63,619 bases of DNA, filler included, from Octopus bimaculoides (GCF_001194135.2; 4 parts of 4 records of this genome joined end to end with filler, not necessarily neighbours in it), one strand, 5' to 3'; shown: positions 41,271 through 54,125, counted from the whole stretch's first letter. Numbers and translations: made by a program. Notes: generated by a model from the sequence alone, not told the origin.

Positions 41271-42254
41271 TGTGTACCAAAGCTCTGCATGTGAACCACG
41301 GGCTTTATGACGAGTCGGAAAATGACAAAATATTTTTTTTTTTTTTAAACCCTGTTATTAACGCATTACAGTCCAGTCCCTGGGTATTACTTTGTTGTCA
41401 GGTGCTGTCCGTCCAGCGATCTTTCCTTCAAACAATTTTTAATACTTGTCATATATAGATATAACTTTTCAAAAGCTGGTGGTGTACGATAAAACCTGTA
41501 GCACTTTATTCAGCATAATGTGACACAGCAGATCAAAAATGGTTGAAAATCATTAAGATCTACGTTTTGCTAAACAACGAATGATATATTTTAACCTTTT
41601 TTTTTTTTTTTTTTTTTTTGGTATATTAAATTTTCGTATTTACTCGTGTACAATATTTGAACAAAATTGTATATCTCCTCACTGATTCTCTCGTTTTGCT
41701 TCGCTGAAGATATTTAATAAACCCGAAATATGTCTTGAGTTGTCTCCCGTGCTTGTCGGAATAATATTTATTCATTGAACCAACGTTATCTCTTCCTCGT
41801 CGCGTAAGTAGTTCTACTTGGGTGTTTTAATGTTCACTACATTAACATGCTAACATTTACTTAACTATTTTAACTATAATATTACCTATATACTCACATT
41901 TAAATAACTATATTTATACTGTCTCATAAATATATCTTGTTAATTTTGATATCTTGAATATTTATATATTTCTTTTTCAACTGGTAAAATCTTTAAAACG
42001 CTTTTCCCAGTTGACGTATCTAAACAGCTCTGCTTAAGACTTACAGTTATAGATATTCTAATATCTACAACTTATTTTAAAAGCAAGACTAGAATTTATA
42101 TCATTATATATATAATTGATTGATTCATTTACTTTACTGTGGTACAAGGTAATTTTCTCTGTACATTTTTTTTACACTTGAATACTTAAAATCTGTAATA
42201 ATTATTCTATTCTGCTTTTCACGATGTGTTCGTTTGTTACTTGGTTAAAAACGT

Positions 42255-42560
42255 AAGCTATGGAACAACATTGATGACAAAATCGAAATTTTAAACATAC
42301 ATAATTAGACAAATAGAAGTCCTATGCTTCAAACAATCTAAATTATGGAACGAAATTTATGACATAATCGAAATTTTAAATATATTATGAAACAAGTTCG
42401 AATGTTATGCTTTTTCGGTGAGTTAACGATGGAACGAAATCGAAAATAATCGAATTTTTTAACATAATGAAACAAATTGGAGGGTTATGATCAAACAACC
42501 TAGCTATGGAACGAAATTTATGACATAATCGAAAACTTTGATATGATGAAACGATGTGAT
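42255..42560. repeat. Four-unit ~77-85 bp tandem repeat
   Basis: ATGGAAC...AATCGAA units start at 42260, 42345, 42429 and 42506. Confidence 0.8.
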
Positions 42561-42882
42561 GAAATCTATAAATTTATATACATCAAAATAGAAATAAGAA
42601 CCTTTTTAAAACAGAATTTCAGTGGGTCCTGCAAGTATACTTATCATTTAAAATTTTTCCAAGCACCAGTGTTTACATGTTCGGTCGATTTGTTCGAAAT
42701 AGCAGCTAAACCTCCCTCAAATCACCATCTATCATTCTTAAAAAAGAAACGACGTTGTATAGTGTGGTCAAACCGCGGCACAAGTCCTTATGAGGGATCC
42801 TCTCAAGATAACTTATGCAGCAATCTCTGTTGTAACACAATCTCCTCATTAAGTTGGTAATCAAGATTATAATACACACCCA

Positions 42883-42928
<46 letters not shown>

Positions 42929-43544
42929 TGCATGCATAAATACATACATACATGNNNNNNNNNNNNNNNNNNNNNNNNNNNNNNNNNNNNNNNNNNNNNN
43001 NNNNNNNNNNNNNNNNNNNNNNNNNTCATTTTACGATACAGTTCAGATATTAGGAAACATAGCTAACGCTGATCAGAGCGCAGCATTAATTAATTATCTT
43101 AGAAGTCTACCAGCCGACAACCAGAAGCCATTCAACGTAAATTATTTAAGAAACGATGCAACAAAGCTAAGTTGGAAAGTAATTCTTCTCGAAGAAGATC
43201 GATGCAAACTGGAATTGAATTAGCAAAGAAGGTTGGGTCTGGAGAGTTGAAGACAGCAAAACCAATTTAAGAATTAGAGGTAATAGATATTGGAAGAGCG
43301 TTAATATCCCAAGTATTTGTGTTTTTAGTTGCTGTTGTTGTTGTTGTTTTGGGGTTTCAGGTTAGCGAAGATATTCTTCTTTTATTATAATTCCATTAAC
43401 ATCTAAAATAGAGGAACATGCTAGATTTTAACGCACATGCTCTGTTTGCTATCAATTTTATCTCAGTCATTTAGTTACGTAAACAAACTACTGACCAAAG
43501 AGGCATTTCTAGCTCTGGCCAAACCTGTATTTTTTCTGAGACGT

Positions 43545-43780
43545 AGTGTTATTTCTTTACTACCCGCAAGGGGCTACATACAGAGGGGACAAACAAGGAC
43601 AGACAAACGGATTAAGTCGATAATACCGACCCCAGTGCGTAACTGGTACTTATTTAATCGACCCCGAAAGGATGAAAGGCAAAGTCGACCTCGGTGGAAT
43701 TTGAACTCAGAACGTAGCGGCAGACGAAATAACGCTAAGCATTTCGCCCGGCGTGCTAACGTTTCTGCCAGTTCGCTGCC
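43545..43780 (-). mobile_element. SINE family A copy
   Basis: Close match to the reverse complement of 31852-32083. Confidence 0.9.
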
Positions 43781-44019
43781 TGAGGCGTAGTGTATCTAGG
43801 ACTGCATAAGCCAATCCGTGTTTCTTTCATATTTTCAGGAATGTCGACCTTGTTTGACCATATTATATAGCGTCATCATTTTTAAAGACGATACGTGTGA
43901 TTTGAGGGAGGTTTGGTTGTTATTTCAAGCAAGTCGAGCGACAGGACAGTGCGATTTGAGAGAGATATCTTTAGTAGCTATTTCTAGATCTAATAACTTC
44001 ATAGAAACTTTGTTGTTGG

Positions 44020-44245
44020 TTTTTAAACATGGCGGAGAGCGAGCGGAAACCTGGGTTAGACGTCGTAGAGACTAAGCAGAAAGTAATCGGACAGATTGTG
44101 ACAGACGATTCGCGTCTGTCAACGATATAATTACCAGCAAGGATTTGGGGGAGTTTGTTTTCCTAAACCCAAGTCGACAAAATTTTGACAAGCGCATCGC
44201 TTTTAAGCATAGCACGATGTCTTTCAACGTACTTCCGGTGATGAT
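44020..44245. promoter_or_regulatory. Promoter/5'-end-like CpG patch with YY1 and ETS motifs
   Basis: AAACATGGCGG at 44025-44035, ACTTCCGGT at 44231-44239 and many CpGs. Confidence 0.4.
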
Positions 44246-44473
44246 TCGGAATACTTAGTTCGTGGGTCACCTTTACACTTGTCTTATGTTACACCTTTGA
44301 ATTCCCTCGGAATACATCGATTCCATACCTTTGACTCACCCCTAGGCACTAAAGTCTGGCAACGGGCTTGCACGTGGAGAAAGTAAATAAATGTTTACAC
44401 GGAGATGTCTCCACGGAGAAAAGGAAAAGGCTTTTTTCTTATTATTTTTACATTTGACTTCGTGTATTTTTAG

Positions 44474-44559
44474 ACTCATCTATGCCAGGTCAGTTTCAAA
44501 TCAAGACCAATTCCATTATCGGAGTTGATGGAACTCTGTTTATGGTAACCATTAAGAAA
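44474..44559 (+). CDS. Candidate coding exon (product unknown)
   Basis: Acceptor gtatttttag, donor AAA|gtaagc, open frame SSMPGQFQIKTNSIIGVDGTLFMVTIKK. No homology recognised. Confidence 0.3.
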
Positions 44560-45425
44560 GTAAGCAAATACTTTTTTTCTTTATGTCTTCACGGAAATGT
44601 CACTATACAGAAGAGACAAAAACATTTGTCTACATTTGCTTACGACTATGTGAAATATTTCTATGTCAAGTCAGGTCAAATTAGGACCAGTCCCATTATA
44701 AGGACTGACTGAAATGTGTTACCGGTGACCATGCAATCCAGTATTAATCATCCATAGTCGAATGATTGATGACTAAACCGGCTTCCTACTCACCTTACTC
44801 ATTGAGGAGGGTGTTTGGGCAATAAGCATGATAAAAAGATTAAAAAAGCAAAACTTATCAAGGATGGAACCTGTGGAAATTCCACGTTTTATAAAAGTGT
44901 GCGGAGAGGGTGAAAGGCAGATGAATTTCTTGGGGGACCAATTGGTACCCTTAAAGGAAATGCTGGTTACTACTCGAATTACTAAACCTTATTAAATAGC
45001 AGAAGGTGAAGATCTTCCGAGTGTCTGAACGACAGAAATATCCAGGGAAAAACTCGATTAAGCATCACAATAATGGCAAAAATTTGTATTGTTTATCATT
45101 GGGGGTGTTCACCCTGCAAAGTTCTAACTGGGTTTGGAGTTATTGGCACAGCAAAGAGAAGGGTCATACATATGTCTATTTACCAAAACTGCAGAGAAGG
45201 CTTTTATAAGGATGGCTTTGGATAAAGAGAGCAGATGTGTGTGTGTGTGTGTGTGTGTGTGTGTNNNNNNNNNNNNNNNNNNNNNNNNNNNNNNNNNNNN
45301 NNNNNNNNNNNNNNNNNNNNNNNNNNNNNNNNNNNNNNNNNNNNNNNNNNNNNNNNNNNNNNNNNNNNNNNNNNNNNNNNNNNNNNNNNNNNNNNNNNNN
45401 NNNNNNNNNNNNNNNNNNNNNNNNN

Positions 45426-45456
<31 letters not shown>

Positions 45457-46515
45457 TGTGTGTGTGTGTGTGCGTGTGTGTGTGTGATTTGCTGCTACGA
45501 GGATGCAAACTGAGATTTGATCAGCCCCACCGGCATAGGATCGTATCCAGTCAACTGGGTGACCGGATATGATCTTGAGCGAGCCGAACCCCTTAAAACC
45601 CCTGGAACATTCCTGAGGATACATCCCAGAGCATCTGTGTGATGTATCTTGAAGCAAGATATACCATATAGCTTCTATATTTAAGATTTTAAGATTTCCA
45701 ATAAGCGGTTGCATTCCGTAGTTATTTAATCCGTCATTTTGTTTTTTTTTTACTGGTTCCTGTCAGAGAACAATGGCCATGCTGGGATGCCACCTTTAAG
45801 GGGGTTATTTTAAGTTAATCCTATTTAACCCGGTTGCACCACTAACCGTACTTATTTTCATTATTGGTACTTGTTTTATCGATCGTCGTTTGTCAAACTG
45901 TTATATTTCAGAATATAAAGGAGAGACAATGCGTTACCAATACCAACACCGGTTTTGTAGACAGGTATGAACATAAACACAGACGCTCACACACGCATAA
46001 AGATATTTTAGGGACTCTGTGTGTGTGTGTGTGTGTGTGAAATATTGCTCGCATGTTGGGAAGGATAGATATTGTTGTCGAGTTGCTGCTTTCGCAAATA
46101 ACAAAATCAGCGACACGAAACCGCGCTCAGTTCGATTCTGAACTGAAGCTGTCCATCGTGGGGCCCCGATTTCACATCGAGATCAAATACGAGGTACGTA
46201 CACAGAATACGAACCCGTATGGTTTTTTTTTTATTCATTCATAACCGACTCCGTATTTTTGTTGACACAACTGCTAATGAATAATATTGTTAAAATAGAT
46301 CGTAATTTAATACCAGTTTTGTTAAGTCTAGGTCAACTCGAATAGAAAAGCAAAACAAGATAATAAATAAAAGCGAAGGTCTATATTGTAAGCGTGTTGA
46401 ACACAGTCAGTTTCCCTTTAACAATGTGGAGTTGTTGCAGCTACGCGATTTTATATAATATCGTTGAAAATAATTCTTAGTAGTCAGACACTAAACTAAT
46501 CTCACGCTGTTGCTG

Positions 46516-46548
<33 letters not shown>

Positions 46549-47204
46549 AGGTTGTTGCTGCTACCGCTGCTGTTGCTGTTGGGTGTTGCTGCTATCTGGA
46601 GGCTTTCACGCTCAGTCTATATTAAAACCTTCAGCTCTGAGTGGTGTTGTTTTTTTTTTAACTCGCCTTATTTATAATCAGCTTTATTTTATAATCAAAG
46701 GTAATCCACCTGTGACCATCCCGACTATTTTTCTATACGATACCTAGAACCATCAACTGGGTTCTTTCCTTATTTTAGACGCTAAGGAGTGATTTAGGGG
46801 AGATTTGGTTGCTATTTCTAGCAGACCCAGCAGACACTTTTTACTACCGTTGGTTTTCAAACCCTCGGAATAAGCTTCTAGAAAGCAGCTCTATATAATT
46901 AAAGGCACTCTAACCGCATCCCTTTATGTGGAATACAGGGCTACAATATCTAATGAATCTTTTCCTTAAGATGCTAAGGTGTGAGTTGATAAATATTTGG
47001 CTGCTATTTCTAGCAGGTTGAAGCAGCACTTCGAAATTGTTGTTCAACCCCAGGAAAACCCTGATCAAACAAACCTATAAAAAGAGACGTTAAATAACCG
47101 TGATCATCCAGTGTTGTTTTTGTTTGTTTCTTTCTTTTGTTTTTTTGGGGGTTTTTTGGGATTTTTTTCGAAGGATCCCCTTCCCCTATAAGAGGTGGAT
47201 TGGC

Positions 47205-47915
47205 ACTGAAGGTAGTGCGCTGAACGCTATACTGCGCTATACCATTTCGTAGCTTTACAATCGGAGTTCAGATCTCACTAAGGTCGACTTTACTTTTCCA
47301 TTCTTTCAGGGACCGATGAAATAAATATCAGTCAAGTACTGAGCTGGTTAAATCAAATACACCGCAAATTTCGTGGCCATGTGCCCTGTGTTAGTAAGTA
47401 ATTATTTTTAGGCAGTAGACGGCAAAATCAGTAAGACGAACCAACAAAATAAGCCATGCGATATTTAGTTACGTTCTTTTACGTTCTGAGTTCAATTCCC
47501 GCCAAGGTTGACTTTGCCTTTCATACTTCCGGTGTCGGCAAAATTAAGTATCAGTGTAGCTTTGGTGTTGATGTAATTGAATGATTCATCCAGCTCTCCC
47601 TACCGCAAATTCCTTGCTTTGTGCTTATCTAAGAGAACATTAAATTTGTTTAAATAATATATATCTCGTATAATAATACTATAGTGATTATTGAATGCAG
47701 AAAACTGGTAGAATTGTTGGTGCGCCGGACAAAATTCTTAGTAGCAATTATTCCGCTTTTATTTTCTAAGTTCAAAATCCGCTAAGGTCGACGTCCCTTT
47801 TTTCATCCTTTCAGGGTCGAAAAATTCACTAAAGACCAGTTGAGCACAGAAATCGGATACAATCTGTTTCCCCACCCCCTCAAAATTGCCGACCTTGTGC
47901 CAAAAAATTAGGAAG
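47205..47915 (+). mobile_element. Cluster of three decayed SINE family A copies
   Basis: The GAGTTCA...AAGGT(C/T)GAC body recurs at ~47265, ~47490 and ~47770. Confidence 0.75.
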
Positions 47916-48599
47916 GTTATATCTTTATTGCAAATAACTATTTTTTTTTTTTTAATCGTCAACTGTTTTACAAACCCAGGAAAAGAGTCTCTATGTGGTT
48001 GCTCTACCTGCTAAAAATAGCACCCAAATCCCTTCCCTTCAGACATACTTTACTGTGAGTAATAAACAAAAAAAAGAAACTAAATAATGTAATCCTAGTC
48101 AAACTAGGTCTGAAGGGGGGGGAGGCTGTATGGCCACTATTGGAATGACTTGGATAATAAGTAGGTCTTTTAATCGGGGTTTTGAGTTAACAGAATCGCT
48201 AAAGCGTGCAAGTATTATTTAGATACGGCCTTTTACGTTCTGAGTTCAAGACCAGCCGATATCATCTTTAACCTTGTAATTAATTCTCGAATTCTAAGAT
48301 TTATATAGAATTAATAACCAATAGAGTAATTTAGATATTTAATTATAACAGAATAATTAAAGAACAGAAGATTTTGAATTAAACAACAACATCGTTGTGG
48401 CGGATTTACGATTCGAAATAATGTCGGTGTTGCATCAAAACAAATGAGAAGAGAGGCTAAAAATATACAGAATAAACTGTTGATAGATGGCCATCTAAGC
48501 TTACTGCCTGAATCCCTTGCGAAATAAAAGAGGGTTGATAGCAGAACGAGGGTGCGTCACCATTAAGGAGGGTAAGCGACGAGAAGAGGGGAAAAAATG

Positions 48600-48670
48600 A
48601 AAATGAAGGCGGGGCGTAGTATGACGTCAGTTATGTCCCGAAAACTTAAGCTATCTGATTGGTCAGAAGC
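48600..48670. promoter_or_regulatory. Proximal-promoter-like cluster: GC box, CRE, CCAAT box
   Basis: GGCGGGGC at 48608-48615, the perfect CRE TGACGTCA at 48622-48629 and CTGATTGGTC (reverse CCAAT) at ~48655-48664, all within 60 bp of CpG-retaining unique DNA. Confidence 0.55.
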
Positions 48671-49695
48671 CTTGATGTTACAGAGCGAAAATCGACAACC
48701 TAAGGCGGATATGACACGCCCTGTTTCTTCAAGCTGTTTGTTTTTTATTTTATGGTTTATATTTGCGCGATGGCGCCCTTCTTCTTATGTATTTTCATGC
48801 AAGACATCGTAATTGAAATATGTCGATGCTGCTGGAGTAATTTAATATAAATATATTAATTTAAATTTGCATGAATTTAAAGAGATGTGTAACGGCGAAT
48901 TGCGATACTACGTTAATAAACACGCTACTCTCGGTAACTTCCGTAAGCCGTAATCTACGGGTTTTGCCGATATTTAACGAAGCTTAAAAAGTCTCGATAT
49001 TTAAAAAATTTTTTCTTGTGATGTCGATTGTTTTATAAGAAATATTATAAATTTTCATTGCTTTTGCAATTTCACTCTTAAAATCCATTAAAATAACCTA
49101 ATAACTCACCATTGTAAATAATTATTTAAGTAATCTTTAACTTTAGAATGTAGAAACATGAATCCTTAAATACCAAACGATAGACCTTAAATATTATAAA
49201 TCCTTAAAAATTTCACGTAAAAAAAGGAAAAAGAAGGGAAAAATCGAAACGTTTTCAATTGAGGTTATTAAAAACGAAAATTTTCTTAGGGATTCAGATG
49301 AATTTATCTTTTCAATCAATAATCGTTCATTTATTTACGAAAACCTTTAAACCTTACAAAACCTTAAATCTCGCGTACAAAGCCAAATGTTTTTCAGCAA
49401 GATAGTACAGGTTGTTAAAATTGGAAAAAATTAATTATTAAATTAATGTTTCAACTATTATAAATTTAATAAGTAGAATCAAAACAAAACATTTTTTTAG
49501 TCAATCAGGTTTGGAAGGAAAATAAAACAGAATAAAATTAAATAAAATAACCTTGTGATATCTTCATATATTATTTCGTATGCAAAATTTAGAGGTTTAC
49601 TCAACGTATAGTTTTGCTAAAGGTTTTCTTACGGAAAACACTTTTCATTCAAATATTTTGGGTAGGTAAAAAGTCTTTATAGAAATAAAACGTTT

Positions 49696-49764
<69 letters not shown>

Positions 49765-50444
49765 ACTTACCCTTTCTCTCTTTCTTTGTCTCTTTGTCTA
49801 TCTCTCTTTCTCTCTTTCTATCTCTGCCTATCCATCTATTTATCTATCTATCTATCTATCTATTTGTCAACCTATCTCTGTCTATCATTTTCTCTCCCTC
49901 TCTTTATCTATGTATCTACCTATCTCTTTCTCTCTCTATCTGGCTGTTTCTCTACATACATACATACACACATACATACATACATACATACATACATACT
50001 CGTTCGCTTTGACGGTGGAAACTTAATGATTAGTAAATATGTCTGTTGTGTTACGTATAAAATTAATGACGTTACAGCTTTTATTTCATCAATATTGATA
50101 ATTATGTAGGTTCATTAACAACAGCATAGTTATTGGCACCAATTAAATAAGTGAATTAGTCGTATATAAATACGTATAGTAATCTGATCAATGCATGTTT
50201 GCATCGACAAATCTATGTATTAATGTGTGGCTTTAAGTATTAGTGTGAATGAAAGCGAGCGTGCGTATAGTGTGTATGTGTTCATGTGTGTGTGTGTGTG
50301 TGTGTGCGTGTTGTATACATGCGCGCTTTGTGTGAGTACGTGTATGGTGTGTGTGTGTGTGTGTGTGTGTTTTGTATGTGCGTCTTTGTGGTCGTGTGTG
50401 TGCAATGATGCGAAGAATTTTACATTCATTCATATACTCTCACA

Positions 50445-50630
50445 CGCACACGCACATACGCACACACACATACGCACACACACATACGCACACACATACG
50501 CACACACATACGCACACACACTTACGCGCACACACATACGCACACACACACATACGCACACACACATACGCACACACACATACGCACACACACATACGCA
50601 CACACACATACGCACACGCGCGCACACTTA
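50445..50630. repeat. (CATACGCACACA)n 12/14-bp minisatellite
   Basis: Directly visible, about a dozen units. Confidence 0.9.
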
Positions 50631-50635
50631 CAGAT

Positions 50636-50683
<48 letters not shown>

Positions 50684-52522
50684 TGGGTTTGAGTTTGCAT
50701 GTGAGGTAGAGGGAGAGAGAAATAGGAAACAAACAATAATGGGAAGGGACGAAAGAGAGAAAAAGAGAGAGTGTGAGTGATTGAATGAGTGAGTGAATGA
50801 ATGAGTGAGTGAATGAGTGAGTGAGTGAGTGTACTGTCTGTGTGTTCCTGTCTGTGTGTGCGAGTGGCAAGACTGCGCGAGTTAATATGCAAACGTTAAT
50901 GTATTATCACAGAAGCTTGTATGATACGTTCTGAAGTAAATCTTCGTGTGTTCTCGCTACTGGAAAGACGATATCAAGTGTTTTATGACCATCCAATATC
51001 CTTAATATGTTTGGAATTCGTATTACTATAATAACAAACACATTATCGTTCTGACACGATGTGAGAAAGTGGAATACAAGACGCATAATGTGTTGCTTTC
51101 TCTATAACATATCTCAACCACACCATAAGCTGAAATATTTTCCCTCAACAACTACAATTTGACTCTTTCCTTCCTACGCGTTTTAATCGTTACGAAGGAG
51201 ACTCTATATACATTGGCGTTCGACCTGTTTTATGTAGCAGCCAAATATCCCTCAAATTATACCTTATTGTCTCGAAAAAGTAGAGAGAGAGAGAGAGGAA
51301 AGGTGAGAAATAGATTTTGAAATTGTAGTTCCCACGTAAGCAAAAGACGCGCTGGTTGTGGCTGGAGCGTCTTTGACCAAGTGGTCTGTCTATTGAATCA
51401 GAGCTGACGTGGAGTTTAGCTAAGTAACAAAAAAAAAAAAACTACGAGGAAATCTCTACGTGGTATTTCGACCTGGCAGACATAGCAGACAAGTCTCCCT
51501 CAAATCGCCATCTAGCGTGCTAGAGAAAATAAAAGGGGGGAACGGGACACATTGAACACTGTTGTCCCTGATGTATAAAAAGATAAAGCGGGATGGTCAT
51601 AGTTGGAATGTTTGTTTTATCAGAACTGATCCGGGGAGAAAAACGGCAACAGCAACAGCTATCTCTACAAGGATAGACCTTAAGTTTTAAGCTTCAAAAC
51701 CTAAAGAGATCTCTAGATCTCTAGCCTGTGCTTAAAGTACATCTTTAATCGAGAACGCTTATATTTCCGATAAATTTCAACGTTGTACATGTTTGCCAAG
51801 GAATTTAATCTAAGATAGTGTGTTAAAACCGAATCAATTACATCGGAGTGGCGTCGTCATAATGATTTTAAAACATACACACACACACACGCATACACAA
51901 ATACACACATGCACACACACACGCACACATATATACTGTTATTTCTGTTACTCATCAACTGGTTTCAGTCATTACATCGTGGCAATGCTGCAGCATTTGC
52001 GTTCAAGGTTTCAAGTCGATCTTATCGACCTCACAATAAATTTCCAGTCTGGTACTTATTTTAACGACGTCCGCTTGTCGAATTGCTATTCCGCTGTTCC
52101 AATATTCTGCTATTCTCTTTGTTTTCATTTTGTAATAAACATCTTATTAAGTATCAGTCTTCCATAGCACATCTTGCAATACGAAGCTGGTCGATGACAT
52201 TCACACAAGATAAAACAGTGAATGATAACGGAGTGTGTGTGTACGTGAATGTGCGTGCGTGCGTGTGCGTATGTGCGTGTGTGTGTGTGTGTGTGTTTGT
52301 GTNNNNNNNNNNNNNNNNNNNNNNNNNNNNNNNNNNNNNNNNNNNNNNNNNNNNNNNNNNNNNNNNNNNNNNNNNNNNNNNNNNNNNNNNNNNNNNNNNN
52401 NNNNNNNNNNNNNNNNNNNNNNNNNNNNNNNNNNNNNNNNNNNNNNNNNNNNNNNNNNNNNNNNNNNNNNNNNNNNNNNNNNNNNNNNNNNNNNNNNNNN
52501 NNNNNNNNNNNNNGTAGTAGAA

Positions 52523-52648
52523 AAACTGGAACTGTAAAAATCTGTAAAACGTTCCAGAAGTTTATCATTTAAATATATATGAGCATGTCTAGATATGCAA
52601 CTATATGCATAAGAATACATACATAAAACATACAAATCTACACATACA

Positions 52649-52682
<34 letters not shown>

Positions 52683-53141
52683 CATACATACATACATACA
52701 TACAGCAGATGTTAACATAAAGCTGAAGATCAGTGAAAAAGAGAATGTCTACGATGAACTATTGAGAAATCTGCAGTTGCTCTATCCAGATTACAAGTTC
52801 AGGTTTATACTTGTAATTATTGGGGCCCTGGGATATGTAGCACACTGCCTAAATACCAGTCTTGAGAAATTGGGCTTCTCAAAACCAGAAAAGAGAAAGA
52901 TAATTCGAAGACTACAGATCCACTTCATCACTGGAATTGTAAAAAATCTGTAAAACTTTCCAGAAGTTTATCATTTAAATATATATGAGTATATCTAGAT
53001 ATGCAAGTATACGCTTGAAAATACATAAAACAAAACATATAAATCTGCACGTACACATACATACATACATACATACAGCAGATGTTAACATAAAGCTGAA
53101 GATCAGTGAAAAAGAGAATGTCTACGATGAACTATTGAGAA
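52523..53141 (+). mobile_element. Head-to-tail array of three R4/Dong-like 3' fragments
   Basis: ORF 52762-52953 LRNLQLLYPDYKFRFILVIIGALGYVAHCLNTSLEKLGFSKPEKR. The unit start AGCAGATGTTAACATAAAGCTGAAG recurs at ~52703 and ~53077. Confidence 0.88.
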
Positions 53142-53204
53142 NNNNNNNNNNNNNNNNNNNNNNNNNNNNNNNNNNNNNNNNNNNNATATATATATATATA
53201 TATA

Positions 53205-53992
53205 CATTCATGTTACATCGCTATTCAGTTTTATTTCAAAATTTATTGCCATTAGAGGAAGAGTCGCTTTCTAACCGAGATCCAAGGTTCCTTCATTGAA
53301 ATTTCAACAACCTCAACAGATTATTTGTACATGTCTGTGTGTATGCAAGCAATATCTGGAATCAGTGCATGTGCAGATTTGTAAGTTTTGCTTTATGTAT
53401 GTACTCTCGTGCATATTAGTTGCAAGTCTAGACATGCGCATCTATACTTCAATACTAAACTTACGGAAAGTCTTATAAATTTTGACAATCCCATTGATGG
53501 TGTTACATATCCCAGAGCCCCAATAATTACAAGTACAAACCTGAACAAGTGATCCAGGCAGAGTAGATATAAATCTCTCAGTTGCTCAGCGTAGGTGTTT
53601 TGTCTTTCGCCGATATTTAGCTTCATATTGACAACCTCTGGGTAACAGATTTCAACTACTATACATAGTTTCTCTTCTCAGTTCTAAATCACTATATCTG
53701 GTCTGTTATGTTTACGTTTTATTGAGGTTTTCATTGGGACGTTCCACAGTACTCTACGATGCTGTGGATTCTAATTTCTTCGTCTTCAGGATTATCCCTC
53801 CGACAGATCTTATGCTTTGGTTACAATATCATGTCTCAATGGCAGATAATAACGCGATGACATTTTGGGACAACTGGTTATGATGTGGGTGATATCTTCC
53901 TGCGTTCTGTCCCGTTTGTGCATCAAGTAGTATTTGGTTGCTATTTTCTGTTCCTGGATTGCAAACGCATACACTTAAAAGTGAAAGTTAGC
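53205..53992 (-). mobile_element. R4/Dong-like RLE LINE fragment, more decayed
   Basis: Minus-strand translation YAFAIQEQKIATKY...EDITHIITSCPKMSSRYYLPLRHDIV (zinc-knuckle remnant and RHD motif), followed by a degenerate RPD region and a 3'UTR matching the 32626 copy. Confidence 0.85.
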
Positions 53993-54094
53993 ATATATGT
54001 ATGTATGTATGAATGCATATTTTTATTTATGTAATGTATGTTAACATTAATGTAAAATCGTTTTTATTATAACTCGACTAACAAACAAGCATTA

Positions 54095-54125
<31 letters not shown>

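Noticed and set aside
45124-45714. 196-aa minus-strand ORF
   Set aside because: Half of it is microsatellite or gap. The rest has no recognisable domain, and its openness is partly due to a local inverted repeat.
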